DNA of 64,000 nt from the human T2T-CHM13v2.0 reference genome, Homo sapiens. The position numbers and the translations under genes are program-made. How positions within the stretch are numbered: the first letter of the stretch is position 1; every line of letters starts with the position of its first letter. The DNA lies in NCBI RefSeq assembly GCF_009914755.1, contig NC_060935.1; one strand, 5' to 3'. The notes beneath the pieces are model-generated. The model searched no databases and had not been told where the DNA came from. It was given only the letters and a program-made list of their open reading frames with translations. This document shows, one piece after another, positions 62,976-64,000 of this stretch.

Positions 62976-63911
62976 ATGAGGAATTTCTCGGTGGTGTCCG
63001 AATTCATCCTGCTGGGCATCCCTCACACGGAGGGTCTGGAGACTATTCTGTTGGTCCTGTTTTTGTCCTTCTACATCTTCACCCTTATGGGGAACCTGCT
63101 CATCTTGCTGGCTATTGTCTCCTCTGCTCGGCTTCACACGCCCATGTACTTCTTCCTGTGCAAGCTGTCTGTTTTTGACCTATTTTTCCCTTCTGTGAGT
63201 TCCCCTAAGATGCTGTGCTATCTTTCAGGGAACAGCCGAGCCATCTCCTATGCAGGCTGTGCATCCCAGCTCTTCTTCTACCATTTCCTGGGCTGCACTG
63301 AGTGTTTCCTGTACACGGTGATGGCCTACGACCGCTTTGTTGCCATTTGTCACCCTCTACGCTACACCATAATCATGAGCCACAGAGCGTGTATCATCCT
63401 AGCCATGGGGACCTCATTCTTTGGCTGCATTCAGGCCACCTTTCTGACCACTCTCACCTTCCAATTGCCTTACTGTGTCCCCAATGAGGTGGACTATTAT
63501 TTCTGTGATATCCCAGTCATGCTGAAGCTGGCTTGTGCAGATACCTCAGCCCTGGAGATGGTGGGGTTCATCAGTGTGGGCCTCATGCCCCTCAGCTGTT
63601 TCCTTCTCATCCTCACCTCCTACAGTGGCATCGTCTTCTCCATCTTGTAGATCTGCTCTGCCGAGGGCCGACGCCGTGCCTTCTCCACCTGCAGCGCCCA
63701 CCTCACCGCCATCCTGCTTTTTTACATGCCAGTGGTCCTCATTTACCTGAGGCCTACCCACAGCCTGTGGTTGGATGCAACTGTTCAAATTCTGAATAAC
63801 CTGGTCACCCCCATGCTGAACCCCTTAATCTACAGTCTCAGGAATAAGGAGGTGAAATTATCACTAAGGAAGGTCTTATATCAGCTGGGCTTCCTTCCTG
63901 AGCAGTTGTAG
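62976..63911 (+). pseudogene. OR10D1P: Olfactory receptor family 10D pseudogene (probably OR10D1P), single in-frame stop
   Basis: 312-codon frame with LHTPMYFFL, MAYDRFVAICHPLRY, AFSTCSAHL, PMLNPLIYSLRNKEVK; TAG at codon 225 (63648-63650); acceptor TTTTCACAG just before ATG. Confidence 0.88.
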
Positions 63912-64000
63912 AGAGAAATAAGTAACTAGCGCTTCAACCACACTTCATAGCTTATAACCATTTTTATTTAGTTGTCACACATATTTTTGAAATTGAGGGC

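Overview
Primate, most likely human, genomic DNA (Alu/L1/MIR/L2/MER/MaLR-rich). By recognition it is the 11q24 olfactory-receptor cluster region. The window holds the complete + strand gene VWA5A (BCSC-1/LOH11CR2A): two probable 5' non-coding exons (~20005-20050, 21134-21248) and 17 coding exons (22080-50511). I spliced these by hand at GT-AG sites into an uninterrupted 2361-nt CDS (786 aa; VIT domain, vWA domain with intact MIDAS, C-terminal helical domain). Two family-10 olfactory receptor pseudogenes flank it: a multiply frameshifted one on the - strand (9615-10540, probably OR10N1P) and a single-nonsense one on the + strand (62976-63911, probably OR10D1P). The rest is mostly transposon-derived. 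Best leads: (i) the VWA5A C-terminus resembles the vault-binding (MVP-interacting) domain of PARP4, and an intronic stop plus poly(A) signal would yield a 415-aa isoform lacking it; (ii) a very young AluYa-type insertion in a VWA5A intron; (iii) a 43-bp near-perfect hairpin with a third direct copy at ~14.8 kb; (iv) an Ebf/Lhx2 motif cluster at ~52.8 kb that could be an OR enhancer. No prokaryotic-type system (CRISPR etc.) is present. Repeat subfamily names and OR gene symbols are from memory and need RepeatMasker/BLAT confirmation.
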